NCBI GenBank assembly: GCA_028534125.1
Contig: CM052817.1
Location: forward strand, 24,058,001 to 24,122,000
Length of the DNA stretch: 64,000 bases
Direction of reading: 5' to 3'
Source of the DNA: Lama glama
Taxonomy: Eukaryota
In this document: piece by piece, positions 11,831-25,175 of the stretch
How the letters are laid out: each line of letters opens with the position of its first letter
Position numbering within the stretch: the stretch's first letter is position 1
Program-made: the position numbers and the translations under genes
The notes under the pieces: model-generated
Told to the model about the DNA's origin: nothing
The model's input: only the letters and a program-made list of their open reading frames with translations
Databases searched by the model: none

Positions 11831-12799
11831 GAAGGGAATTATCATCTAGAGAAGGAAAGATTAAAACTGGCTATCTGATGATTTTCTTCCTCTAATGTGT
11901 TGGCTCATTCTCTGTAATCTAAGTTCTCCCACTAGACACATCTTTCTCAGCTGCTGGCTTATTTCCATATTACTGGGGCTTGATTCTCTTTCTTTGGGAT
12001 AAATTCATCTTTTCTTAGCTCTTAATTCATCCTCATTCCTTGTTCGTAGTCAGAGAAAATCAATATATCTTAACAACATAGTAATCTTTTGCAAAGACTA
12101 ACTCAACTCAAAGTAAACAGAGCATTTTGCATAATTAAATATGGAATAGCAGCTTGGCCTGAAGCATGAGTATTTTTATTTCCTCACTGCCTTACATATG
12201 GGAGGTAAAGGACCAGAGAGGTCCTTAAAATTGCAAAGGGAGGATGTTGGCTTCACCCAAGAATTCAGAAATGGCTGTAGCCTTTTAAATGGCACACTTT
12301 GGTCCCCACTTTATATGCAAGAGACAGCAAGGGTTACATGAAACAACAATGGCATTTGCTACTCCCAGGAACTAACAGGAGGAGAAGAGACAGTATGACA
12401 CATGACTTCAAGTGTTATAAAGTAGCCTCCCAGAGCTGGGAAATAACAGTATCTTATTGAACAAAGATATGCTACAATGCCTGAGGAGAGAAGTAAAAAT
12501 CAAGTGTGACTACCACAAGCGATTAAGAGGGCATGCATGTAAAGAGTTTGGGTTGGGGGGATTGCTATTGAAGAAGAAGAATGTTAGAAAAGAGTGATTC
12601 TCCTGGTCTCAGAATGTAGTGACCCCTGGTATATTGGAGACTCAACAGCACACCTTCCCTAAATATTTTAAGGATGGTCCATGCCTAGGTGGGTTGGAGA
12701 TTTAAAAAAAATTCATGACATCTCTGTTTACAAATATCATAAACTCCCTGACCTTACATGAACAACGAATACAAACACAGCAATACAAGCAACTGCTAT

Positions 12800-13150
12800 T
12801 AATTAATCAATTACTTATATAAAAGTTTGCTAAGCAGAGTCAGGAGCTGGGGTTTCAGCAATGAACAAAGTAGATGAAAATCCCGGAGCTTATGTTCTTG
12901 GAGTATTTACCGTGTGCCAGACATTGTGTGCTGAGTTTTTACAGACATTCACCATAATCGCTCATAACAGCTTTCGAGGTAGTTTCTCTTTTGACCAGCG
13001 TTACACAATTAGAGAATGAAAAGAGTGAGGCTTAGGAGGACTGATCAGGGTCCAGTAAGCAGTAAGCAGTAAGCAAGGGAGTCAAGTTGTAGACCCAGGC
13101 TTGCCTGGCTTTGAAGTCTAGGGGTCTGATGCTTTTAAACACTATTTGTG
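12800..13150 (-). mobile_element. L2 tail plus MIR fragments
   Basis: gcaatgaacaaagtagat..; gagtatttaccgtgtgccagacattgtg...gaggcttaggagg...acccaggcttgcctggctttgaagtc. Confidence 0.6.
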
Positions 13151-14214
13151 CTGTCTCCTACTACACTCACTGGCATTCTGTGAATTCCTTGCCCTCGATC
13201 ATTAGCTTCAGGCTACCAGTTTGGTGTCTCCTCTGCTCTATCCATAGATATTTCTACTCCATAACAGATTTTTGTCTACAGGTATCACATATTTGCCAAT
13301 TCCACTCAAACATACACATAATCATAACAAACACCATGAGTGCTTCTTATTTTCTTCCTTATATTTCTGATGAGAGCATTTACGAAGTAGTGTCACTATG
13401 AAACCTCAATTTGTAGATGCCTCACTAAAATAACATTATCTGGGTACATTCAGTTCTCTAATAAGTTTGTATTCTGGTACTCAAATGTGTTCTAATGAAG
13501 TCTTGCATATATGTAGACAAAAATTTCAAGCACAGATTTCATAGCTTTATCTGATTTTAACAAAGACAGAGTATATGTATATGACATTCACGGCGGTGAA
13601 ATTGATTAGGCTGGGAGTTACATTTCCCTACAAGCGTCCAAATTAGTGTTGGTCAAAAGGACTTGTATGCAATTGGAATGCAGAAATAAAGCAGTATCCA
13701 TTGTCCCTGAAGGCCTTTTCCCCAGCCAAATATGGTGACAGACATTCATAGAGGTGTTTGCTCTGTGTCCACTTGTTCTTCCAGACTCCTGGCCATGCTG
13801 ACCAACAGTGACCTCAGGCTCTCTCCCAGACACTTGACCGAGGATTCACTGATTCAGTAGCTACTCAAAAGCAATGCTTTCTTACACGCTTCTCCACAAA
13901 CTCACCTTTCACTGTTCTAGATGTATGGCTGGTAGGACATGGCTTCTCTAATTGATTGGTTGTTGATTCAATCTCTGATCCAGCATCTCTTCTGGACCTC
14001 TGTTTTCTAACATTTTGTGTAAGATCTCCTTCCTATAATAACTCCCTTATCTTACAACACTCAGACTGACCCTTCGCCACTGACTGAACTTGGATTGATT
14101 CACGATCAAAGGGTGAATGGTAATTATTAGTGAAATGAGAAGCAAATGTTAGTTATTTATTCCCAGACATAGAATTCTCAGTAAAAATATTTCTAATCTC
14201 TTAAGAAATGTCCC

Positions 14215-14850
14215 TATCTCAAAATATCTGCACTCCTATGTTTATTGCAGCATCATTCACAATAGCCAAGACATGGGAACAGCCTGGGTCCCTCAGTAGA
14301 TAAATGGATAAAGAAAATGTGGTATATGCATATAATGGAATATTATTCAGCAGTAAACAATAAGGAAATCATCCAATTTGCAACAACATGGATGGACCTT
14401 GAAAGCATTATGCTAAAGGAAGTGAGTCAGACAAAGGCAAATACTGTATAATCTTACATTTGGAATCTAAAAAAGCTGAACTGATAGAAACAGAGAGTAT
14501 AAAACTCATAAAAACAGAGTTGAATTATAGTTGTCAGGGGTTGGGGAAATGGAGAGATATTGGTCAAACTGTATAAACTTCCAGTTATAAGATAAATTAT
14601 GGAGATTGAATATACAGCATGGTGCCTATAGTTAATAATGCTTTATTATAGTCTCAAAATCCATGCTAAGATAGTAGGCGTCTTTTTGTTTGTTTTTGTT
14701 TTTAATGAAGGTACTGGGGATTGAACCCAGGACCTCATGCATGCTAAGCATGAGTTCTACCACTGAGTTACATGCCTCACCCCTCAAGAGAGTAGTTTTT
14801 AAATACTGTCACCACACATACACAGAAAAGGTAATTATGAAAAAAGAAGT
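14215..14850 (+). mobile_element. L1 3' end (L1MA-type) interrupted by a SINE
   Basis: atctgcactcctatgtttattgcagcatcattcacaatagccaagac...gcaacaacatggatggaccttgaaagcattatgctaa. Confidence 0.9.
14683..14785 (-). mobile_element. Camelid Vic-1-type tRNA-derived SINE
   Basis: Reverse complement: ggggtgaggcatgtaactcagtggtagaactcatgcttagcatgcatgaggtcctgggttcaatccccagtacc plus A-rich tail; Pol III A and B boxes; TSD-like aagatagtag (14668-14677) / aagagagtag (14786-14795). Confidence 0.85.
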
Positions 14851-15332
14851 TTGTCTTATTGGGAAAATTAATGTACTACACATGACTTGGTAGTTTAGTG
14901 GGTCAGATTTTTTTTTAAATGGTCTACCTTCTTTTCTGCTGGTTTTAAAAAGTAGTAGCCTGAAATTGACAAGGCAAGGAATAACAGGACAAGTAAGTTT
15001 GCTCTAAATAAGTTTGGTTTTGCATATAATACACAGAATAAAAAATACTGATAAATTTTTGACTCTGCTTTTTTATTTTAAGTCACTACTGTAGAACATA
15101 AAAAATTGTTCATCTGAAATTAAGTGATCCAGAAGTTGTTTATGTAACTGTCTGAGGATAGTATGTCAAAGATTATTATGGTTCTTAGTAAATGACTGGG
15201 AAAAACAATTTATTAGTCTCAATTTTGAAAGGATAAAAAAACTATTGGAGATCATGTTTGAAACATACATTCTGCCTTACTGAACTTCTTAATTTATATT
15301 AATAATTGATGATCATACTATGTTTTATTTAA

Positions 15333-15780
15333 TGTGCACATTAGCTTTTATGAGCATGTTGAGAATTACTGCAAAATGAATTTCATTTATTGTCTCATAG
15401 TTCTGGAGGGGAGAAAGTCTGAAGGCAAGCAGTCGAAACGTTCAGCTCCTTCTGAGGGTGATGAAGGAAAATTTGTTCCACACCTCTCTCCCAGCTTCTG
15501 CTGGTTTGCTGGCATCTTTGGAGTTCTTTGAAGTGTACACACATCACCTGGAAACCTACCTTCATGTTCACTTGGCATTCTCCCTGTGCTTGTGGCTGTG
15601 CCCAAATTTCCCCATTTTATAAGGACTTCATATTGGATTAAGAGTCCACCCTTCTCCAGTATGGCCTCATCTTAATTACATCTGCAATGGCCCTATTTCC
15701 AAATAAAGCTGAATTCTAAGGTACTAGGAGCTAGGACTTCAACATATGAAGTTTTGGGGGACACAACTGAAACCAGAACA
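15333..15780 (-). mobile_element. MLT1C/B-like MaLR solo LTR
   Basis: tttattgtctcatagttctggagg...ttaattacatctgcaatggccctatttccaaataaag...ggacttcaacatatgaa..ggggacacaa. Confidence 0.85.
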
Positions 15781-15789
15781 CTTGCTATC

Positions 15790-16460
15790 TGCAGTATACA
15801 CTTAAGAGTAGGGAGTTACAGTCTACCTCATTTATTTAGTTTAGGATGGACTCATTGGACTTGGTACTTGCTTTATACTTTGGGTTATAATCCAGTGCTA
15901 CTTTATTTTGTTGCTCAGCTATAGCATTTGGAGCTCTTTCATTTGGCTCCTATGTGTCTTTAATATATTCCCATCAACATAGTTTTTATTTTAAACCATT
16001 TTAGCACTTCCTTCCTTTCTGACACCACAAAATGCTCCAGCCTCATCTTGTGCATTTTCTATCTCAGTAACAATGTGAGCACTTTCTCTACAGATCCAAG
16101 GAACCCTGATTTTTTTACTGGAGAATGGTATTAAGCAAGCAAGATCAGAGCATTAGGTGTGCTCATTGCTACTGAGCTGTTTCTAGGCCCTCCCAGTCTG
16201 CAAAGCAAGGAGGCATATGAGAATATAGTAGCCTTTGTATATACACATATCTACATATATTTCCATATGTAATCATTTGAATCTATATTAAGCTAAAAGA
16301 GTTGATACAAATGTTTCCAATTCTAATCCACTATCATGTGGATCATTCTAGCCTCTTCCCTTGCTTATCTATAACCTCCCACTGTAACAATGAGAAACTT
16401 GGCAACTACCACCCACCATCCATTCACTTAATTGTTCAATTCTAGTATATATTTATAGTA
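15790..16460 (-). mobile_element. L1MC/L1MD-type 3' UTR fragment
   Basis: tttgggttataatccag..., gcacttccttcctttctgacaccacaaaatgctccagcctcatcttg, ggtgtgctcattgctactg. Confidence 0.75.
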
Positions 16461-18929
16461 GTTTTCACTTACTTTTAATCTAGAGAATTACTAATGTATA
16501 AATATTTATAAACCAATCATAAATATTTAAATATGCAAATGTTCCACACAATAATAGCTCACATGTCCTAGGAATAGCAACAGACTAAACTGAAGTGTAG
16601 TTTCTTCTCTGGATCATTGTTAATGAGGATAGTGCTCTTACTGAAGTGCAACTGACTCTCTGTTTAATGTAATGTAATAAAATACGCATTAGACCAATTA
16701 GAATATAAGATACAAACATCAACTTCATGTTTTCATCAGAGTAGCAAATAATAAAGTTTATGTAATCTCCCTAACCCTCTCCTCTCTCTCTCCACATATA
16801 TATTATTTGTATCCATAAGTTATATATACATACATCCAACATACTCTACATATGTTTACACACATACACTAAAAACTTCATTATGAACAGTTCAGAAATA
16901 GTGAAATAATTATTCAGTTTCTAAGATAGAAATAAGATATAATGTTAAAAACTGAAAGGTATTTTCAATATATTAAACATCATTGGTTACAAGAAGGAAA
17001 CAAAGCTCCTGATGCCAGAGGTTTGCACTGGTAGAATTCCAGCCATCTCTAACGCATCAAAATGTAAAATCTTCTCTTTGTTCATCATGTGCAACATTGA
17101 ATTTTATATATAGTATAGTATTTAACAATAGTGTTTTCTTTTCTTTCTTTCTTTTTTTTTTTTGTTTTGGTTACAAGTTTGGTATAATTGTAAAGTCCCA
17201 CTTGCTTCAAGACAAAGGAAAAATATTGAGTAAGTTTGGGGAAAGGTTCAAAAAATTAAAAATTAAAATAAAAGCAATTGGAGTTAATGCACAAAATGCA
17301 TGGTGTAAATTCTTTGCACTCATTGTCTGCAAACTTGGTCTAAGTTTTCCATCAGTCTCTGTGTAGCAGACACCTCTCCTGCACGGCTTCAGTGTCTCTC
17401 AGTCTCCCTTGTCTCTTGTCCCAGCTGCCTCTGTGGTGACCATCTCAGCCTGGAACTGGACTGACTTCACACAGGTGCAACGTGACAGCCCCAGCCCTGG
17501 CCCCAAGCCACACTCCCTCACCTCCATCCTGTAGTTTCTCTGTTGGCATTGTTTTGGGACCTTCATTCTGAAATCTTATAACTGTCACCAATAAAGGACA
17601 ATTTCCCCTTTCAAAACTTTATTCCTGATGCCATTTTCCCTTCTACTGTTCTTCTCTTAGCAAACTCTTATGCATCTGTATGTTTACTGTGTTACAGAGA
17701 AACCATCAGACACGAAGTGGGAGTCTGTTACACGTGAGCCTTTGGGTCTCTCAAGGAGAGACCATGACAATTCATTACATTAGTAGAGTTGATAATAGCA
17801 TTTTTAAACCTTGATTTGTCTTACAAGTTCAATGTAAAGCTGTGAAGAGCTGCCTGGACATGAAGAGAAAAGGCTGGTTACCCTTAGCTGATCAAAGAAC
17901 AAGGGGTTTAATTTTTAGTTTAGGCTCACTGAGATCTCTCAGAAGCAAAAATCTGCAGATGGCATTTAAATGCAAATGCGAGCCCAGTGTTACCTGGGCA
18001 GGTGTTCCTGAGGGAATGAACTCTCTTGATCAAAGGATTCACATCTGATCCCAAGTCCTCTGAACTCATTCACTTGGTCACATTTGTAACTAACTGACTG
18101 TTTTTAAAATAAAGTTTCTGTTCTACTAGTCCTGATAATATTCTGAGATTCTTAATGCAAGCTGGAGAACAAAATAGGAAAAAAGAGAAGAACATTAAGA
18201 CTTCCTCCCTAACCATCCAAAGTTAGATTCAGGCTGTGAAACAATGATGCTTCCTCTCCAGTCTCCGTGGGGACTTCATAACCTTTTATTCATGGGAAAT
18301 TCAATTAAAATGTGCATCTCTGCTGTTTCCTGAAAAATTTAATTTGTATCTTAACTTGCTACTGCTGTGCCCAAGATTTTCAAATCAAATATTAAAAATG
18401 AACTTGTCAACTCCAGCAGCTTTATGCTGGGAGCTAAACACTTCATAAATTATCTTTCATTTTGTAGTCTATTAAGATACACTTGTAAGTGAATGTGTAG
18501 TGTCCTAAATTGTTAATAGGCAAATTTTACAATGAATTTTAAATTAGAGTCTCTCCACACACTCATTAATGCACTTCATTTCCTGTGTGTATTTTTATCA
18601 TTTGGCTAGATTCACCATCTCAGAATCCAACACAAGCCATTGTGTTGTCTGAATAATCTCGGAAGTCCTGTAGTCTACTATCTCATAAACTTATTTTTTC
18701 TCTTTTATGTTTCTGAACAATTTTAGAACTACGTAAGCAACAATGCAAAAAAAGAATCAGAATTCATCAGATATGTCATCCTTTGAATGGAAAAAATATG
18801 ACTTTATAAATCCTTAAAGAAATAGTCAAGATTGAAATTCAAGATAGGTTTTCTTTTTGTAAAAAATGTATATACTAAAAAAAATGTATATACTAGTTGA
18901 CTGTATTATAATGATATTCTCTGTATATT

Positions 18930-19400
18930 TCAGAATTATTTTTTACTTGCAAGTGGGAGGAAAAAAACCTCACACTAAATTTTGTAGATGTGGTGAGGTA
19001 TAGCTGATTTCAGGCGTGGCTAGATCCCAGGACTCCTTCAGATTCTGTATCTCCTGTCATCTCTTCTGTTCCAGTGGTTCACAAATGGCTCCCAGAAGAC
19101 CTACACTTATATCTTTCAAGCTTACTAACATCAGTGGAAAGATCACCTTTCCCAATAGTCCTTAAAGAAAAGTTCCCCCGAAGGCGTATTTGTCTGGCAT
19201 GTAGCCCGTGATCATTACTGAACTAATCACTGATCAGTGCTCTACAAAGCCCTTTTGGCGAGACCCAGGTCATGGGAAATACCCCTATGGCCTCACAGAG
19301 CCGCAGGAAATGGTTTTTCCCCAAAAAGAGGACTTTCATCACCTGAGAAAGGATAAGGAAGAAATACTGAAAAGGCAAAAATAACAGAAGTTACAAGGTG
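18930..19400 (-). mobile_element. Old MLT1 (J/K/L-like) LTR
   Basis: tttcaggcgtggctagatcccaggactc, ctgaactaatcactg, ggaaatggtttttccccaaaaag pattern. Confidence 0.55.
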
Positions 19401-20799
19401 CTATTTATTACTCTGTTTTAGTGTCTCCTCACACCTGACCTTAGATTGTATTCTCCTGGATTATAGAATTTATCATGTTGCATTGTGATTGTTTTGATCT
19501 TTCTTGCCCTGATCAAACTCAGAAAACCTGAAAGCTAAGATGTAAATATTATTACTTCAAAAGTATTGTCATTGTTTCATTTTCAGAGTCGAATCCAGTA
19601 TTTGGCACTTAGTAGCTCTTCAATAGATCATCACTAATTATACTAAATAATTACATGTATACTATGATTCTTTTCTCCATATTGCTGTTTTGGCATTCTT
19701 TTATCTTCTTATTCAGGCTTTGTGAGTTCTTTCTTTTTTAATTTTCTTTTAACTTTTTATTTCATCTTTTCATTTCAGGCATTTCTCAAATCACTTTTCT
19801 AGGAAGCCAAATAGAAAAAGATACGTAAGCTTAGCAATATATTTTATTTACAAAAGACACTTCCATTTTACAAAAAAATAGCAATCTCTCAGGTCTATAA
19901 AAAAGAAGCTAAAAATTAACATGCAATTGTTTCATTTATGAAGCTAACTAAATTTTTAAAAAATCTCTGGTTCCTCATTCCCTCAGATTCATGAGGGTAC
20001 CTTGACTTCTCTTTGGCTCTACCCCTGATCTCCAGTTTCTTGGAGAGACTAATTGGCATTATTACTTCAAACGAAACTAATTTTGATTGTATTGTGTCAT
20101 GCTGCATTTTCATCCTGGACTTTCGGCATGTTTTCTATAATTGTCTGTTTATGAGTCACATGTATTGCTATTCAACTTACTATAAGTCCAAAGCTAGTCT
20201 CACTCTAGTTAAACTCAGTGAGATTTACTTTGTTTTGACAGGCAATATCCAGGTCTTGTCCCAAAGTCTCGTGGCTCTGGATTGGTCTTTGGGCTGTTGT
20301 TAAGGCTGAGGTTACTCGGGATTAGGTGCCATATTAACAGATACGTACCCAAAAACCAGGATGAAAGGAAAATCAGTACAGCTTCCCATGCAGCCACTTT
20401 TCTATACCATACACTCTTCGTGCTATACAGTTCTTCCATCTTTCTTATATCATGCCATATTTAACTGAGTTCTCTTCAGTTACTTCTCTCTAGAATGTCT
20501 TTCTGGAAAATTTCCCCAAGTTATTTCTACTTATCCTTATGCTTGCCTTCTTCACAGTTTAGAGTTCCCTAAACCTTAAAAAATTAGTTGGGTTACCCTA
20601 CAGTGTACTGTGGTATCACTTTGTAATTTATTTATCATCTTATCACTGGTCATAATTAGACATTTAAAAATTAATTTTGTGTACCCTACTATATTGTAAA
20701 TTCAATAAAAACTAAGACCACCTTGCCTTATTTACTACTGAATACCCATTCCAAATACAATGGCACACAGTAGCCTTTTTCCCTCCAACATTTTACTAT

Positions 20800-22355
20800 T
20801 TCTGTTTTATTTTATTTTATTGACATGAGATCTATCCTCTTAATAAACGTTTAAGTGTACAGTACATTATCATTCACTATAGATACAAGGTTGTAGTGTA
20901 GATTTCCAGAGCATATCCACCTTGCTTGACTACAACTTCATGCCTGTTAATTAGTAACTCCTCATTTCTCCCTACCTCAATCCTCAGGTAACCAACATTC
21001 TACTCTTTGACTCTGTGAATTTGATGATTTTAGATACTTCATATAAGTGGAATAATGCAGTATGTGTCTTTCTGTGACTGGCTTATTTCACCTAGCATAA
21101 TTTCCTCAGGTTTCATTCATGTTGTTACATACAGTAGAATTTCCTTTTTCAAGTCTGCATAGTATTCTATTGTGTATTTATTTACCATGTTTTCTTTATC
21201 CACTCATCTATTGATGGGCATGTAGGTTGTTTCCACATCTTGGCTATTGTGAACAGTGCTGCAATGAATACAGAAGTGTTAATATCTCTCAAGATCCTGA
21301 TTTTAATTTTTTTAGATGACCGAGAAGTGAGATTACTGGATCACACGATAGTTCTATTTTTAAGTTTAGAGGAACCTCCATATTGTTTTCGATAACAGCT
21401 GCACCATTTTGCATTCCTACAAACAATGTGACAGGTTTCTAATTACTCTGCATCCTAGTCAACATTTGCTATCTTTGGGGGTTTTTTTGATAGTAGACTT
21501 CCACAGAGGTGTGAGCTGATCATCTCATTGTGGTTTTAATTTGCATTTCCCTGATGATTAGTGATGTTGAGTACCTTTTCATATACCTGTTGGCCATGTG
21601 CATGTCTTCTCTGGAGAAATGTCTATTCAAATTCTCAGCCCATTTTTAAATTGGGTTACTAGCATTTTGTTTTGTTTAGCTTCACTACTGAGTTGTAGTA
21701 GTTCCTTATATATTTTGGGGACTAAGCTTTTACCAGATATATGGTTTACAAATATTTTCTCCCATTCCATAGATTTCCTTTCCACTCTACTGACTGTTTG
21801 CTTTGCTGTGCAGAGCTTTTTACTTTGATGTGGTTCCAGCTGTTTATTTTTGTTTTTGTTGTCTGGGCTCTTGGTGTCGCATCAATAAAATCATTGGCAA
21901 GAACAATGTCTTGGAGCTACAAAGCTTTTTCCTTATGTCTTCTTCTAGGAGTTAGAAAGTTTCAGGTCTTGCATTTAAGTCTTCAAGCCATTTTCAGTTG
22001 ATATTTGTGTACAGTGTATGATAAGGGTCCAATTTCATTCTTTTTTTGTGGATATTTAGTTTCCCCAGCACCATTTCTTAACGAGACTATCACTTTTTCC
22101 ATTGTGTGTTCTTGATACTATTGTTGAAGATCAGTTGTGTATTTCTTCTTTCTCAAATTTGATTTGGCTATCCCTGGTCTTCTGTAGTTCCATGTGAACT
22201 TAAAAAAAAATTTTTTTTCTATTTCTGTAAAAAAAAATGTCATTGGGATTGGTACTGCATTAAATCTGTACCTTTCTTTGGGTAGTAAAGACATTTTAAC
22301 AATATAAAGTCTTTCAATCCAGGAGCATGGGATTTCTTTCCATTTGTTTGTGTCT
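20800..22355 (-). mobile_element. L1 (L1MA-type) 3' UTR plus ORF2 C-terminal remnant
   Basis: ttctgtgactggcttatttcacctagcataa, catctcattgtggttttaatttgcatttccctgatgattagtgatgttgag, ctggagaaatgtctattca. Confidence 0.92.
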
Positions 22356-22595
22356 TAATTCTAATCAGTTTAGATGTTCAAACCATCATTTTTGAGTGAA
22401 ATCTAAATAAGCTCAGTGATGAAGACCTTATTTTTCTTATTCATTGCTGTATCCCCCAGGACCTAGAACATTGCTTGGCCCGTACTTTGTGCTGAGTAAT
22501 TGCTTCTTTCAATAAATGTAGGAATCTTTTAAGGTTTAAATATGTATTGGGTAATAAAATGTCTCATCTCAGCATTAAAGAACCAGTTGCTGAGT

Positions 22596-22633
22596 TAGTG
22601 GCGCCCTCTGGTGATTTAAAGTCATCACTGTAG
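22596..22633 (-). promoter_or_regulatory. Putative CTCF binding site (core plus possible upstream motif)
   Basis: Minus strand CTACAGTGATGACTTTAAATCACCAGAGGGCGCCACTA; core close to CCASYAGRKGGCRS; CpG retained. Confidence 0.6.
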
Positions 22634-22639
22634 CCTTTG

Positions 22640-22770
22640 TCTTAAATCAAGTGACTGGCTTTGGGGCTTCCCTTTTACGACTAAACAGTTCATAGTATAA
22701 TGTAACTAGGGGTTGTGTCAATGAGATACACTTAAGAAACTTCAGTGCAATCCTAGCAGTATAAGAAAAA
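22640..22770 (+). mobile_element. MIR fragment
   Basis: actaggggttgtgtcaatgagatacacttaagaaacttcagtgcaatcctagcagtataag. Confidence 0.45.
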
Positions 22771-22818
22771 TGCCTTATATATATATATATCACTAAAGTT
22801 TTGGGGGCACACATAGAT

Positions 22819-22862
22819 GTATTAGTCAGGGTTCTCCAGAGAAACAGAACCAATTATATATA
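22819..22862 (-). mobile_element. Isolated MLT2 terminal stub
   Basis: tgtattagtcagggttctccagagaaacagaaccaa followed by (TA)n, then unrelated sequence. Confidence 0.7.
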
Positions 22863-23915
22863 TACTAGAATACTGTTGGTATATTCAGAGAAGAAAGTTA
22901 GGAGGGCTAAGAACAGAGTGAGTGATGATGAAAGAGGTTGTTGAGGGTAGACATATTGTCAGGAGACTTGAGCCTTGTTTATCTCTAATCAACACTAGGG
23001 GATATTTACCTAGTGTAACAGATGTTATAAAAACGACTTCATTAATTAACTGAGTAATGGTCAAGACTTATGAATTGGTTAGAAACACTATAGAGACACT
23101 GGTCCTCACATATTTAGCAAGCCCAGCAGCCTGTATGGTTCTGATGGCTCTTGAATTTCTATCCCAAGGTGACTGGTATTCAGTCTCTATTTTGAAAAAT
23201 ATCTGGTTGTTCATTGCTTACAAATAGATAAGCAGAAAAAAAAAAACCTGATTGTCCATTGCTCGCAAGTAGATAAGCAGAGTCCTGGCTGTAGTTGTAT
23301 TTTCTTTTTTTTTCTAGAGAAGCTTTCATGCCAAGCACAGTCAAAGCATTTAAACATGGACAGAAAGGTGATATTCCATTGAACTTAAGGGAACAGATTG
23401 CATGACTGTCTTAGTTCCTGATTGCTAAACATTTGTATGTGTACAAAATTTATCCTAATGATTGCTTTGATACCTGGCAGTAGGTGTTCAGAAGCTCTTA
23501 GCTCTCACTTATGTATAAAGACTGGATGCTATGATAGCAAAATGAAGCCAGCAACTCTGAGGCCCCATATTGGATTAGATCAATGTACAACTTAGATAAA
23601 TTTTAATGGTTTCCTTGGAAGTCCCTTCCAAGTTGATGAGTTTGCATCTACCTTCTGCCTTGTGTGCACTATAGTGGAACTATATATGAACAATGACATC
23701 ATAAGACATGAATTGTTTAATGGAAAGAACATTGCTATAAAAATCGGAGGACAGAGTTTTAGTCCCAATTGTACTATTACTTGATTGTTTATATTAATAA
23801 GTTTCTTTATCTCTCTTGGCTTCTCTCTATTTTACTGTAATATGAATTTCCTTCAGACTGAAAAATCTTTAAGTTGGTATGAAGCACAAAGATTCTTATC
23901 TCTCTGGAAGGAAAC

Positions 23916-24921
23916 TGTATGAACTAAGTTGTGGCTCCCCTCAAATTCATATGTTAAAATCCTAACCTACAATGTTACTGTATTTTGAAATACTATTTAC
24001 TACAGCCAAGATGGAAATAATCTAAATGTCCATTGACAGATGACTGAATAAAGAATTATGATATTATATTACACACACACACATAAACATGCATACAGTG
24101 GAATACTATTCAGCCACAAACAGAATAAAATAATGCCATTTTCAGCAACATGGATGGACGCTGGAGATAATCATACTAAGTGGAGTAGGCCAGAAAGAGA
24201 AAGAAAAACACCATATGATATCACTTATATGTAGAATCTAAAAAAAAAAAAAGACACAAACTTACTTACAAAACAGAAACACACTCAGATATAGAAAAAC
24301 TTATGGTTACTGGGGCAGTGGGGAGTGGATGGGAAGGGATAAATTGGGAGTTTGAGATTTGCAAATGCTAACTACTATATATAAAATAGACAAACAACAA
24401 GTTTATACTGTATTGCACAAGAGACTATATACAGTATCTTATAGTGACCTATAATGAAAAATAATATGAAAATGAATATATGTATGTATATGTATGACTG
24501 AAACATGCTGTACACCAGAAACTGACACAACATAGTAAACTGAATATACTTCTAAACAAAAGTTAAAAAGAAGAAGAAGAAGAAGAAAATAGGGCTTATA
24601 AATGTAATAAAGGAGGAGGTAATAAAGGTTAAGTGAGGTAATATAATTAGGACCTTCATCTGGTAGGACTGGTGCCCTTATAAGAAGAAGAGATGAGAGA
24701 GTCCTCTTTCTCTCCACAAGTGCACAGAGAAGAAAGGTCATGTGAGAACAACGAGGAGCTGGCTGTCTACGAACCAGGGGGAGAGGCTTCATCAGACACA
24801 GACCCTGCTTGCACCTTAATCTTGGACTTCCAGCCTCCAGAACTGTGTGAAAGTACATTTCTGTTGTTTAAGCCACCCAGTCTGTGGCATTTTGTTATGG
24901 CAGTCCTAGGAAACTAATATA
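23916..24921 (+). mobile_element. MLT1A/B-like solo LTR split by an L1 insertion
   Basis: tgtatgaactaagttgtggctcccctcaaattcatatgtt start; cttggacttccagcctccagaactgt...ggaaactaatata end; TSD-like gaaac/gaagc. Confidence 0.85.
23993..24588 (+). mobile_element. Artiodactyl/camelid-type L1 3' end
   Basis: aatgccattttcagcaacatggatggac...gggataaattgggagtttgagatttgca...gctgtacaccagaaactgacacaaca plus an (AAG)n tail. Confidence 0.88.
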
Positions 24922-24974
24922 GAAGCATTACATAAACGATCTCATCTGAGAGGTAAGGTCATTCTAATAAAAAA

Positions 24975-25175
24975 AAGATCTATGAGATTTGGAGTCAGAA
25001 ATGTAGCTAAATACTATGTGAAGCTAGGAAAAGGGCTCAATTTTTCACAGGTTCAAATTCTTCTTTTTAAAAACCCAGGCAATAGTGTCTAATTTACTGG
25101 ATTACTGGGAGGATTAATGATTAAATTAGATAATTTAAGGAAATGCTTTGTAAACTGTAAAGAATTATATAAATA
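24975..25175 (+). mobile_element. MIR SINE
   Basis: tttggagtcagaa...actatgtgaagctagg...ggattactgggaggattaa...gaaatgctttgtaaactgtaaag. Confidence 0.65.

Noticed and set aside
14706..14785. tRNA-like sequence with A and B boxes
   Set aside because: It has an A-rich tail and a TSD, so it is a SINE rather than a tRNA gene
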